This document shows, in pieces, positions 27,630 through 35,852 of a stretch of 64,000 bases of DNA. Below the pieces are notes generated by a model. The model saw only the letters and a program-made list of their open reading frames with translations. It did no database searches and was not told the origin of the DNA. The DNA comes from a virus: IMG/VR virus record IMGVR_UViG_3300035666_000002; one strand, 5' to 3'. Positions within the stretch are counted from its first letter, which is position 1. Each line of letters opens with the position of its first letter. The position numbers were made by a program, and so were the translations under genes.

Positions 27630-27948
27630 TCACTTTAACCCAAAGACGATTATCTTTACCAACAGACATCTCAACTTTATTTTCATATTCTACATTAGAA
27701 AACACACTGTATGGGCTGCCTTCTAGAGCAGAAGGTTCTTTCTTTTTAGGATTTCCCTGCAACATTAGTGTCGTTGGCGTTTCTGGTGCAAGGTGTGAAA
27801 TGTCTTGTTTAGGCTGTTCAGGTGCAGGAACATATTTTGTTTCGTGATAGTTTTTTTCAACAACCATCTTGCCTGCTGCTACACCACCAACAATTGTTCC
27901 AAAGATTCCAGCCCCTCTCAAAAATCCTCTTCGTGTATTAATACTCAT
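27595..27948 (-). CDS. Protein with twin-arginine (Tat)-like signal
   Basis: NTRRGFLRG followed by a hydrophobic stretch. Confidence 0.55.
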   Translation of the reverse strand: MSINTRRGFLRGAGIFGTIVGGVAAGKMVVEKNYHETKYVPAPEQPKQDISHLAPETPTTLMLQGNPKKKEPSALEGSPYSVFSNVEYENKVEMSVGKDNRLWVKVNDEWKRVSIES

Positions 27949-28403
27949 GTTTTTTTCACCTCAATATTACATTTTTTTAAAAATTCAATGCCATCTTCAC
28001 TCCGATATGTATTGCGATAATAAACAGATTTGATTCCGCTTTGATATATTAGTTTAGCACAATCTAGACATGGAGAGTGGGTAATAAACATAGTAGCACC
28101 ATCACCCGATTCTGTGGACTTGGCTAACTTAGCAATTGCATTCGTTTCAGCGTGGAGCACCTCTGGTTTGGTTTTCCATTCATGTTTATATTCGTTGTTA
28201 AAAACGCCTGGTTCGATTTCTTTTCTATAGACAAGTAAATCCTCACAATCATTGTCCCAACCAGAGGGCATTCCATTATAGCCAATCGAAATGATGCGAT
28301 CATCTTTTACAACAATCGCACCAACATGAAGACGCCGAGCGGTTGAGAGTTCAGAAAAAGTCTCAGCGACCTTCATGTATGCATTAACAAATTTTTCTTT
28401 CAC
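27945..28403 (-). CDS. cd: dCMP deaminase
   Basis: VGAIVV, GYNG, HAETNAI and PCLDC. Confidence 0.93.
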   Translation of the reverse strand: MKEKFVNAYMKVAETFSELSTARRLHVGAIVVKDDRIISIGYNGMPSGWDNDCEDLLVYRKEIEPGVFNNEYKHEWKTKPEVLHAETNAIAKLAKSTESGDGATMFITHSPCLDCAKLIYQSGIKSVYYRNTYRSEDGIEFLKKCNIEVKKT

Positions 28404-28534
28404 AGGACCTCAAACTCATCTTTACCAACACCACACTCTGGGCAAAGCCAGTCCTCAGGCAGTTGTTCAAAAGGAACATCACTGTGTTCTTCATGAACAT
28501 AACCACAAACTACACAAACATGATCCGATCTCAT
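28400..28534 (-). CDS. Rubredoxin (44 aa, not in ORF track)
   Basis: Manually translated [44 protein letters not shown]; two CxxCG motifs and F..LP.DW. Confidence 0.9.
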   Translation of the reverse strand: MRSDHVCVVCGYVHEEHSDVPFEQLPEDWLCPECGVGKDEFEVL

Positions 28535-28977
28535 AGAGCCTCCAATACTTTTTTGTATGCATTTGCATGGCGTTCTTCAACTTTTTTCAGAGCAGCAAAG
28601 CGTTTTTCTGCTTTTTCTAGGATTATTTTGAAGTGTTCAGCATGTTCACGAGATTCGTTCGCTTGTTGTCTTGCTTCAAGCATAGCTTGTTCGTTACCTT
28701 CGCGTTCAGCTTCTTCTTCCATTTGAGGATACATCTCTGTATACTCATACGTTTCACCATCGATTGCTTTTTGCAAACACTGTTTGGTGTTAGGTCGACC
28801 AATCAAAAGTTCTAGGTGTCCCCATGCATGTTTGATTTCTTGATTGGCTGTTTCTTCGAAGTGTCTTGCGACATCTTCATATCCTTCCTCACGGGCGATC
28901 TTAGCAAAATATCGGTACTTGATATGTGCCATAGATTCACCAGCAAGTGCTTTTTCTAGGTTTCTTAGGGTTGACAT
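28531..28977 (-). CDS. rbr: Rubrerythrin (ferritin-like di-iron domain)
   Basis: [26 protein letters not shown] and E..H. Confidence 0.9.
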   Translation of the reverse strand: MSTLRNLEKALAGESMAHIKYRYFAKIAREEGYEDVARHFEETANQEIKHAWGHLELLIGRPNTKQCLQKAIDGETYEYTEMYPQMEEEAEREGNEQAMLEARQQANESREHAEHFKIILEKAEKRFAALKKVEERHANAYKKVLEAL

Positions 28978-28986
28978 TATTTTCCT

Positions 28987-29766
28987 TTAAATATCAGTAA
29001 ATAGCAATTCGAATTCATCAGCGCGGTCTTCATACAAAATATAGCCACGAGGATTACATAAAATGCGAGTTTCACCAATCATATAATCAAAAACATCATG
29101 AGTGTGCCCATGAGTCCACAATTTGATTTGTGGATGGTCAAGAATAAACTCCGACAAGTCTGAAGAATATGCACCGTTGGTAAGAACATCTCTTTCATAA
29201 CGAGGTTTCACCGACTGCTTTGATGGCGCATGATGACCAACAACTACGAACTTACCTTCAGGTTTAGAATCAATGACACTTTTGATATAGTGCATTGTAT
29301 TCACGTGCTCATTATACACAAACATTGAAGTAAGTTTTTCTCGATCTTCAATCGCACCACTATTACGAATAATACGAAAATCATTCATTACACGACTAAC
29401 ATGCCACAATGTATTTGGATCGTTTTTGTTCATATCGGTCCAAAGAGTAGCACCAATAAAAGTGTAGCCATTGATCTCAACCGATTGTTTTTCTAGAAGA
29501 TGAATATTTTTAAATTCTTCTAGCTCATCACGAAGAAGATTTTCGGTCAATGTGTAGTCACCATTGTAATGTTCATGGTTTCCCATGATATAGATTACAT
29601 TTGGAAACTTTTCTGAGCAAGTACGGAAAAATTCTTTGTCTGTAGGATGGAATCCGTTAGCGACACAAATATCACCAGACAGAATCAGAACTTCCGCGTT
29701 CTCAGTATTGTCCAATACAATGGTGCCGAATTCCAGATGTACATCGGATGCGAGTGCGATTTTCAT
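28987..29766 (-). CDS. Calcineurin-like metallophosphoesterase
   Basis: SDVHLE, GDI, GNHEHY, HHAP, HGHTH and NPRGY; start placed at MKIA after an AGGAG RBS. Confidence 0.9.
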   Translation of the reverse strand: MKIALASDVHLEFGTIVLDNTENAEVLILSGDICVANGFHPTDKEFFRTCSEKFPNVIYIMGNHEHYNGDYTLTENLLRDELEEFKNIHLLEKQSVEINGYTFIGATLWTDMNKNDPNTLWHVSRVMNDFRIIRNSGAIEDREKLTSMFVYNEHVNTMHYIKSVIDSKPEGKFVVVGHHAPSKQSVKPRYERDVLTNGAYSSDLSEFILDHPQIKLWTHGHTHDVFDYMIGETRILCNPRGYILYEDRADEFELLFTDI

Positions 29767-29789
29767 AATATTTTTACTCCTTTCCACAC

Positions 29790-29818
29790 AATATAGCATG
29801 GAAAGGAGCCCTTGTCAA
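29790..29818 (-). promoter_or_regulatory. Sigma70-type early promoter
   Basis: TTGACA-17-TATATT with extended -10 TG. Confidence 0.7.
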
Positions 29819-29821
29819 GAA

Positions 29822-30271
29822 TTATTCTTGTAGAAGTTTAGATTGTTGTTTTCCTGCAACAATAGGAATACGCTTAGGAAGCTCTTCCTCTGGAATCACG
29901 TTCTCCAGTTCAACTGTCAGGATTCCGTCGCTTAGGACCGCTCCATTCACTTGGACAGTCTCAGCAACCTGAAAGCTTTTCTTGAAAGAACGAGTGGCAA
30001 TTCCTCTGTGCAGAAAGTAACGTTTATCACTTAACTCATCTTTCTTTCCCGTAATAGTCAAAGTACCCTTCACAATGTCAATTTCAATTTCATCCTGTGA
30101 AAAACCTGCAACAGCTAATTCAACGAGATACTTATTTTTTTCTTTCACGTGTTTTACGATGTTGTGAGGTGGGTAGGAAACCTTTTCAGTAGACACTCTT
30201 TCCAGAGCATCGAAGATACGGTCGAAACCTACGGTTGAAGGAAAGTAAGGTGTAAATGTATTGATTGTCAT
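29822..30271 (-). CDS. Small heat-shock protein (Hsp20/IbpA family)
   Basis: GFDRIF, YPPHNI, ELAVAGF, HRGIA.RSF and GILTV; true start likely 30271 after AAGGAGA. Confidence 0.93.
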   Translation of the reverse strand: MTINTFTPYFPSTVGFDRIFDALERVSTEKVSYPPHNIVKHVKEKNKYLVELAVAGFSQDEIEIDIVKGTLTITGKKDELSDKRYFLHRGIATRSFKKSFQVAETVQVNGAVLSDGILTVELENVIPEEELPKRIPIVAGKQQSKLLQE

Positions 30272-30293
30272 AGCTTTCTCCTTGTTTAAGCGA

Positions 30294-30353
30294 GTTAAAA
30301 AAACCACCCCGAAGGCGTGGTGGGTAGTTTTATCTAGGGTACCCAGCCTAGAT
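30294..30353 (-). promoter_or_regulatory. Structured hsp20 5' leader: H-type pseudoknot, UUCG hairpin and U-tract
   Basis: AUCUAGG/CCUAGAU stem; loop UGGGUA pairs with downstream UACCCA; then CCAC-G-CC-UUCG-GG-GUGG and U7. Confidence 0.55.
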
Positions 30354-30371
30354 CCCATCCCGAGGATATCT

Positions 30372-30581
30372 TTATTTAGTCAAAGGCTTGAAGGCTGCCT
30401 CATTGACCCAATATTTTCTACCTGGATCACTCTCTTTGAAAACCAAAATGAAAGTCATATCACCTTCAATACGCTTCAATGCCTTTTTGTCGGTGAAAAC
30501 TTCCTCGTTTGTATAAAGATTTTTCAATTTAACAAAGGGTTGTCTTACGTGATTCATTTTAATTCTGAGTCTTCTTTCCAA
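30372..30581 (-). CDS. Hypothetical protein
   Basis: Small ORF after regA; start may be at an internal Met. Confidence 0.55.
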   Translation of the reverse strand: MERRLRIKMNHVRQPFVKLKNLYTNEEVFTDKKALKRIEGDMTFILVFKESDPGRKYWVNEAAFKPLTK

Positions 30582-30960
30582 TGTTGTACTTACTTACAAG
30601 TTCCCAATCTTCTTTATCTCTATAAGAAATAATTTTTATTTGATGAATCGGAGCAATCTTATCTTCCATAATAGAAGGATTCACTATCTTAACTAGTCCC
30701 CATTCTTCCAAGAGTTTAGCAATAGCATTTCTTCTCTCGATATCATTATCAGATATATTAGCAGGTTTTCCATCTAATGCAAATAACTCCTTGAAGTGAA
30801 CAATGTAGTATTGCCCTTTTTTGTGTAGTATGTGGCATGACTGATAGAGAGTTCTTTCTTTCCTAGAAGAGACACCTATCCGTGTCAGTGTTTCTTTCAC
30901 TTTCAAAAAATCATCTTGTTCCTTTAGAGAAACTTCAACAAATGTCGTTAAGTCTACCAT
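30559..30960 (-). CDS. regA: Translational repressor RegA
   Basis: DDFLKVKETLTRIG, LYQSCHILHK and YIVHFKELF. Confidence 0.97.
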   Translation of the reverse strand: MVDLTTFVEVSLKEQDDFLKVKETLTRIGVSSRKERTLYQSCHILHKKGQYYIVHFKELFALDGKPANISDNDIERRNAIAKLLEEWGLVKIVNPSIMEDKIAPIHQIKIISYRDKEDWELVSKYNIGKKTQN

Positions 30961-30961
30961 A

Positions 30962-31345
30962 TTACTTCCCCATTCCGCCAGGATCTGTTTTTTCTTTTAA
31001 TTGTCGAATCTGATCTTCACTAAGCAGACGGAGGGCTTCTTGTGCTTTAGATGTTGATAGGCCGTAATAAGCCTTGATACATGCTATGTCTTCACTTTTT
31101 TCAGCCTTAACCCACTTATTGAAAGGGCGCTTTCTTGCCCTGACGGTATTTAGTAAAAAATCATTCTGCAATTTTTTATCTAGAAATGGCCTAATATTCA
31201 TCTCATTCGCAAAATAGATACAATCTTTGTGATATGAGAGTGCTTTATTTGTCAGATATGGTTCATAGGACTTCTCAGACAGTTCATCAACAATCAGTTG
31301 TTTTTTTCCTTGTAAAATTTCATTCACGTAATCGAAAGGGCTCAT
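30962..31345 (-). CDS. gp62: Clamp loader small subunit gp62
   Basis: Synteny gp45-44-62-regA; ANEMN and YYG.S..KA. Confidence 0.9.
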   Translation of the reverse strand: MSPFDYVNEILQGKKQLIVDELSEKSYEPYLTNKALSYHKDCIYFANEMNIRPFLDKKLQNDFLLNTVRARKRPFNKWVKAEKSEDIACIKAYYGLSTSKAQEALRLLSEDQIRQLKEKTDPGGMGK

Positions 31346-32274
31346 TTGAATTCTACACTCACCATCAAATCAGTCAGACAAGCAACAGTATTGATTTCTG
31401 CATCAGCAACGAATGCTTGTTTGTACTGGTAATCTGCAAGAAGAATTACAGCCTGTGGAATGCTCTGTGGTTGTAGAATATCATACAAATTATCATAAAT
31501 CTTACGGAATAGAGTTGTCGGATCGACATCATTCATAGCAACCCACTTACGAATCGATCCAAAGTCTTTCTCTTTTAGATATTTGATAATCTCTTGAATT
31601 GAAACATCACCGATCTGAGCAAGAATTCCAGTGTCAATCTTTCCGAATTTAGAATATCGTTGAAGTTCATTAATGGTTCTACGAAAATCGGGAAAATGTT
31701 TCTTGACAACTTCAGCAATTACTTTGCTATCAAATTCGACATTCTCTTGATTCAGAATGTTGGTGATTCGTTTAAAAAACAAACCAGCCATCTGAACCTT
31801 TTCTTCATTACGAAGAGTGAATTCTACAACAGAACACCTCGAATGAAGAGGGTCGATGATTCGGTTCTTGAAATTGCAAGTGAAGATGAAGGAGCAATTG
31901 TCAGCAAACTCTTCCATAGCATTACGAAGTGCTGGCTGTGTCGAATTGGGATTTAGATAATCTGCTTCATCGATGATGATGACTTTGCGACCACCCGTGA
32001 AAGAAATGGTCGAAGCAAAGTTTTTAATCTTGGTACGAAATACATCGATACCAGACTCATCAGAACCGTTAATGATGATGTAATCAGCATTGATTTCATT
32101 ACACATAGCTTTAGCAATGGTTGTCTTACCGACACCTGCACCACCGCTCAAAAGCAAATGTGGAATCGTTCCACTTTTTACATACTCCTCGAAAGGCTTT
32201 TTCAGCCTTTCGGGAAGAATACAATCATTAACGGTCTGTGGGCGATACTTCTCCGTCCAAAGTATATGTTCCAT
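31342..32274 (-). CDS. gp44: Clamp loader large subunit gp44
   Basis: WTEKYRP, GVGKTT, DEAD and SRC. Confidence 0.97.
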   Translation of the reverse strand: MEHILWTEKYRPQTVNDCILPERLKKPFEEYVKSGTIPHLLLSGGAGVGKTTIAKAMCNEINADYIIINGSDESGIDVFRTKIKNFASTISFTGGRKVIIIDEADYLNPNSTQPALRNAMEEFADNCSFIFTCNFKNRIIDPLHSRCSVVEFTLRNEEKVQMAGLFFKRITNILNQENVEFDSKVIAEVVKKHFPDFRRTINELQRYSKFGKIDTGILAQIGDVSIQEIIKYLKEKDFGSIRKWVAMNDVDPTTLFRKIYDNLYDILQPQSIPQAVILLADYQYKQAFVADAEINTVACLTDLMVSVEFK

Positions 32275-32303
32275 GATACCTCATAATATAAAAAGTCACA
32301 AAA

Positions 32304-32978
32304 TTATTCGTTTGTCGAACCAATGTCAGTTGCTACCCAATACTGAATGTCCTTTTCAGTATGTTTGAAGCTTGCAATACCACGGAAAGAAATTGATACT
32401 TGATAAGACCCAGGAATCATCCGAAGATTTTCCGTCTTAAAAAGCATATTGTATTTTTTGCCATCACCATCAGCGATTTCGATTTCACTTGAATGTGCTG
32501 ATGAATTTTTGCTGTCAAGTTGAGCAACAACAATTTTTGTTCCATCAGATTTGATAGCAATATGTGGGCTACCCAATACGGAAGCCGACTTCAAAACAGT
32601 GTCAAGATCGTCTGATGACAAGGTGAAAGATACATCAACAGAAGGCATAGAAATAGTTTTATCTGGTGCATTCTTGATCATCTCAATAGAGCAAAGCTTG
32701 TAACTGGTACGCTTTTTTCCGCTCTTGAGATTTGCAGCCTTGTTATTATCATCCAGTTCAATTTCTGTATTGTCATCATGTAGAGACAACACGGAAAGAA
32801 AACGATTCAAATCGTAAATTGCAAAGTTTGAAGGAATCGTTTCGCTGATTTTTGTTTCAGCCATGATTTGCTTTTGAGTATCGCAAGTTCTCAAAATATT
32901 TCCTGAACGAAAAACAATACCATCATTAATCGATGCAAAATTTTTCAGAACAGAAAGAGTTTCTTTAGAAAGTTTCAT
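32304..32978 (-). CDS. gp45: Sliding clamp gp45
   Basis: MKLSKETLSVLKNFASIN, IYDLNRFL and YWVA. Confidence 0.95.
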   Translation of the reverse strand: MKLSKETLSVLKNFASINDGIVFRSGNILRTCDTQKQIMAETKISETIPSNFAIYDLNRFLSVLSLHDDNTEIELDDNNKAANLKSGKKRTSYKLCSIEMIKNAPDKTISMPSVDVSFTLSSDDLDTVLKSASVLGSPHIAIKSDGTKIVVAQLDSKNSSAHSSEIEIADGDGKKYNMLFKTENLRMIPGSYQVSISFRGIASFKHTEKDIQYWVATDIGSTNE

Positions 32979-32990
32979 TATATAACCTCA

Positions 32991-33362
32991 TCATTTATCA
33001 ACAGAATACAGTATATCATGTTCATACAAAAACATCAAGCAACACATAGCGTGTGCTAGGTGATGTTTACCAGATTCGGGGTCTAGTTTCTCATTTTCTT
33101 TCCATGCCCACAAATGTCGTTGTAGTGCATCAAAATACCTACGCTTAGAATCTGGCACCAATTTCCAATTGTCACGCTCATACTTTTGAGCACCAAATGT
33201 CAATACATCAACGGTAGCTTTGAGTGCAAGAGGAGGAAGAAGCCCATATTCTAATTTACTACCATCAAACTTTCTACCACCTTCAGTGGCTACTTGTGAA
33301 CGAGCAACTTCATCCATGACATTAGTAGACTCAAAAAGTTCATATTGATCATCTTTCATCAT
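32991..33362 (-). CDS. dATP/dGTP diphosphohydrolase domain protein (DUF5664-like)
   Basis: GRKFDGSK, VLTFGAQKY..NW, A..RH, DPESG..HLAHA. Confidence 0.85.
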   Translation of the reverse strand: MMKDDQYELFESTNVMDEVARSQVATEGGRKFDGSKLEYGLLPPLALKATVDVLTFGAQKYERDNWKLVPDSKRRYFDALQRHLWAWKENEKLDPESGKHHLAHAMCCLMFLYEHDILYSVDK

Positions 33363-34174
33363 AGTCTCCCAGTAAGTTCAGCAATCTTAGGCATATTGCC
33401 AGTGAAAGGATATGTTCCAATATGCTGAGTTCTCATCCAAGGGCACAAATAGATTTGACCTCCGATCTTTCTCCACAATTGACAAAACATATAGTCTTCA
33501 GAAAGATAACGGTCAGAACCACCACCTGTTGCACTCTCTTTAGTGTCGATGATAGTGTCAAAGTATGCATGAATATATCGTGAGCCATCGAAGTGTGCCT
33601 GCCCAACGTGATCTGGTTTGTATCGAAGTTGTGGATAAGCTTTCTCCATCTGTTCGAATACATGCCGCTTGATCAACATGAATCCAGTACCAATCTCTAG
33701 AACTTCTAGAGGATCAGTGACAGTGAATTGTTGAGTTCCTTTTACCACATTGAATACATAATCGCCAACAAGATTTTCTAATTCACCTGGGTTCATATCT
33801 GGATGTTTTCTTGCAGCTTCAGCAATATTAGCCCAGTTGATTGATTTTTTCGGATATGGACCACCAATCACGTCCTTATCTAGTGCTAGAAGAGCAATTA
33901 CATCTTGAGGATTGTAATGAATATCAGAATCGATAAACAATAGATGGGTACAATCTGAACGGAGAAATTCATCTGTTAGATAATTTCTAGCTCTGGTGAT
34001 CAAAGATTCGTTGAACAGAAATGAAAATCTTGTTTCGACTCCATACTTTGACATAATACCTTGAAGATCAAGACAAGACTTCACATACATGCCATGAGCC
34101 ATGCCACCATACATGGGTGTTGCAATAAACAGTTTGCTTTTTTTCAAGTCATCAATTTTTACTTTAATTTCCAT
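33359..34174 (-). CDS. GT-A-fold glycosyltransferase-like protein
   Basis: ATPMYGG, ESLITRARN, FIDSDI, GTGFM, SEDY.FC and H.G. Confidence 0.7.
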   Translation of the reverse strand: MEIKVKIDDLKKSKLFIATPMYGGMAHGMYVKSCLDLQGIMSKYGVETRFSFLFNESLITRARNYLTDEFLRSDCTHLLFIDSDIHYNPQDVIALLALDKDVIGGPYPKKSINWANIAEAARKHPDMNPGELENLVGDYVFNVVKGTQQFTVTDPLEVLEIGTGFMLIKRHVFEQMEKAYPQLRYKPDHVGQAHFDGSRYIHAYFDTIIDTKESATGGGSDRYLSEDYMFCQLWRKIGGQIYLCPWMRTQHIGTYPFTGNMPKIAELTGRL

Positions 34175-34184
34175 AATTCACCAT

Positions 34185-34225
34185 AAAAAATAAGGAAGCG
34201 ATACTATTATATATCGCCTCCTTAT
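34185..34225 (-). terminator. Intrinsic terminator-like hairpin with TATAAT in the loop
   Basis: ATAAGGAGGCGATA / TATCGCTTCCTTAT followed by a T-run. Confidence 0.6.
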
Positions 34226-34242
34226 CAAGGATTAGTTAGGTA

Positions 34243-34527
34243 TTAGGCGAATGTGCGAACATTCTTCTCACGAAGAGAACGGTAACCAGCAGCAACAACT
34301 TCTTTGCTAGGCTTGCCCATACGATAGAAGGAAATCTTACGACCATCAGCAAGAGTTTTGCGGTTGGTATAGATAGGATATCCTTCTTCACGAAGTTCGT
34401 GAATACGGGCTGAAACGTTCGTAACACCAAAACGATTACGAGCAGAAGCTACAGTAAAAGTATTAAACCCTTCAGCTTTAGTAAGGGCATTTAGCATTTT
34501 TTGTTTAGCAGACATTTTAGTCATCAA
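34243..34527 (-). CDS. Small winged helix-turn-helix DNA-binding protein
   Basis: FTVASARNRFGVTNVSARIHELREEGY.I...YR. Confidence 0.75.
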   Translation of the reverse strand: MMTKMSAKQKMLNALTKAEGFNTFTVASARNRFGVTNVSARIHELREEGYPIYTNRKTLADGRKISFYRMGKPSKEVVAAGYRSLREKNVRTFA

Positions 34528-34571
34528 ATTATCTCCATAGTTAAGTTAAAAAGAGCAGTGCTCTAGGACAA

Positions 34572-34613
34572 ATAATAACAAAACCTGAGAACCTTGTCAA
34601 TAGGTTCTCAGGT
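34572..34613 (-). promoter_or_regulatory. Sigma70 promoter with -35 in the loop of a 12-bp inverted repeat
   Basis: TTGACA-17-TATTAT; arms ACCTGAGAACCT/AGGTTCTCAGGT. Confidence 0.7.
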
Positions 34614-34620
34614 ACAGTTA

Positions 34621-35769
34621 TCAGAAAGGAACCTCGTCAGTTTTTTCTACCGATGGTTGAACAACTTCAGGCTTTTGAAGCTTATTGTAAAGATCAAGAA
34701 ACGCAGCCTTAGTATCATCATCAAATCGATTCAAGCACAATTCGATAGACTTAGCTTTATCGCCGTGAACAGAGTAGGTACGGCAGATATGAACTAGGCG
34801 ACGGGTCGAAATAATCTCATCAACACCACCTTCCTTGAAGGTCTGGCGAATAACATCAGCCCAGTTAACAAGAAGATCACCAAAATCATCATCTTTACGA
34901 CCGAATGATTCAAGTTCCTTCTTGATAATTTTTTGTTCGACCTTGACAGGAGGAAATTCTTGTTCGTAGGTGTTCAGAAAACGTTCCAAGAATGCTTCGT
35001 TTAGAACATTGGTGAACATATATCGACCGTCTTCACTGCCTTTACCTTTGGTGTTTGCAGTGGCTACGATAGTGAAGCCTTCAGCAGGGCGAACAAGTTC
35101 ATTCTTTTTCTTCAAAAGAAAGGGTTTACCTTCAAGTACCCGTTGCAAGCAGGAGAGATTCTGAGCACCGTAGTCAATTTCATCGATACAAAGAACAGCA
35201 CCTTGACGAGCAGCAACAGTCACGGGACCATCACGCCATTCCATTTGACCGTTGATTAGAACATAGTTACCGAGAAGATCGGACTCATCGGTATCGGGAG
35301 TCATCGATACACACACAAACTTACGTTTGGTTTTAGCGCAAGCTTGTTCGACGGACATTGTTTTGCCGTTACCGGAATGTCCAGAAATAAAGACAGGAAA
35401 GAATTGGTTGCTCTTAAAGATAGAAACCAAATCATTGAAGTTACCAAAAGGAACATAGTTATCGTATACTTTTGGTACCAAATCTTCAGTTTCAAGATCG
35501 GTAGTAACACTAGAGATACGATTACCCGATTGTGTATTTTTACTCATGGGAATTACCTGAGCGGTCGAAGCCATCTCAACGATAGCAGAAGAAGGAACAC
35601 GGAACATACCGCGACTCACTCGATTCGAATCATCATTGGTGAACCAGTGAGGAAATGCAATAGAATTTTCTGAGCAAATCGAAGCAATATCTTGCCGACT
35701 CAGAATGGTTTTACCAGAAGCAGACAGAAGATCGAGAACCATTTGGCGCTTATTAGCACGTGAACTCAT
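34621..35769 (-). CDS. CobS-like/MoxR AAA+ ATPase
   Basis: GHSGNGKT, LCIDEID, ATANTKG and AFLERF. Confidence 0.9.
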   Translation of the reverse strand: MSSRANKRQMVLDLLSASGKTILSRQDIASICSENSIAFPHWFTNDDSNRVSRGMFRVPSSAIVEMASTAQVIPMSKNTQSGNRISSVTTDLETEDLVPKVYDNYVPFGNFNDLVSIFKSNQFFPVFISGHSGNGKTMSVEQACAKTKRKFVCVSMTPDTDESDLLGNYVLINGQMEWRDGPVTVAARQGAVLCIDEIDYGAQNLSCLQRVLEGKPFLLKKKNELVRPAEGFTIVATANTKGKGSEDGRYMFTNVLNEAFLERFLNTYEQEFPPVKVEQKIIKKELESFGRKDDDFGDLLVNWADVIRQTFKEGGVDEIISTRRLVHICRTYSVHGDKAKSIELCLNRFDDDTKAAFLDLYNKLQKPEVVQPSVEKTDEVPF

Positions 35770-35798
35770 GATATAGAAACTCCTCAGAAGATATGATC

Positions 35799-35839
35799 AT
35801 TATATGATGCCTGGAAGGTCCTGTCAAGCGACCTTCCAG
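35799..35839 (-). promoter_or_regulatory. Consensus sigma70 promoter with -35 in the loop of a 10-bp inverted repeat
   Basis: TTGACA-17-TATAAT; arms CTGGAAGGTC/GACCTTCCAG. Confidence 0.8.
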
Positions 35840-35852
35840 ACTGTTGTAAAAA

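Noticed and set aside
30294-30353. Possible preQ1-I or SAM-II riboswitch identity for the pseudoknot
   Set aside because: The topology is similar but I cannot match the conserved ligand-binding nucleotides; left as an unassigned structure
30272-30358. N-terminal extension of Hsp20 given in the ORF track
   Set aside because: A strong RBS precedes ATG 30271, and the extension coincides with the structured leader
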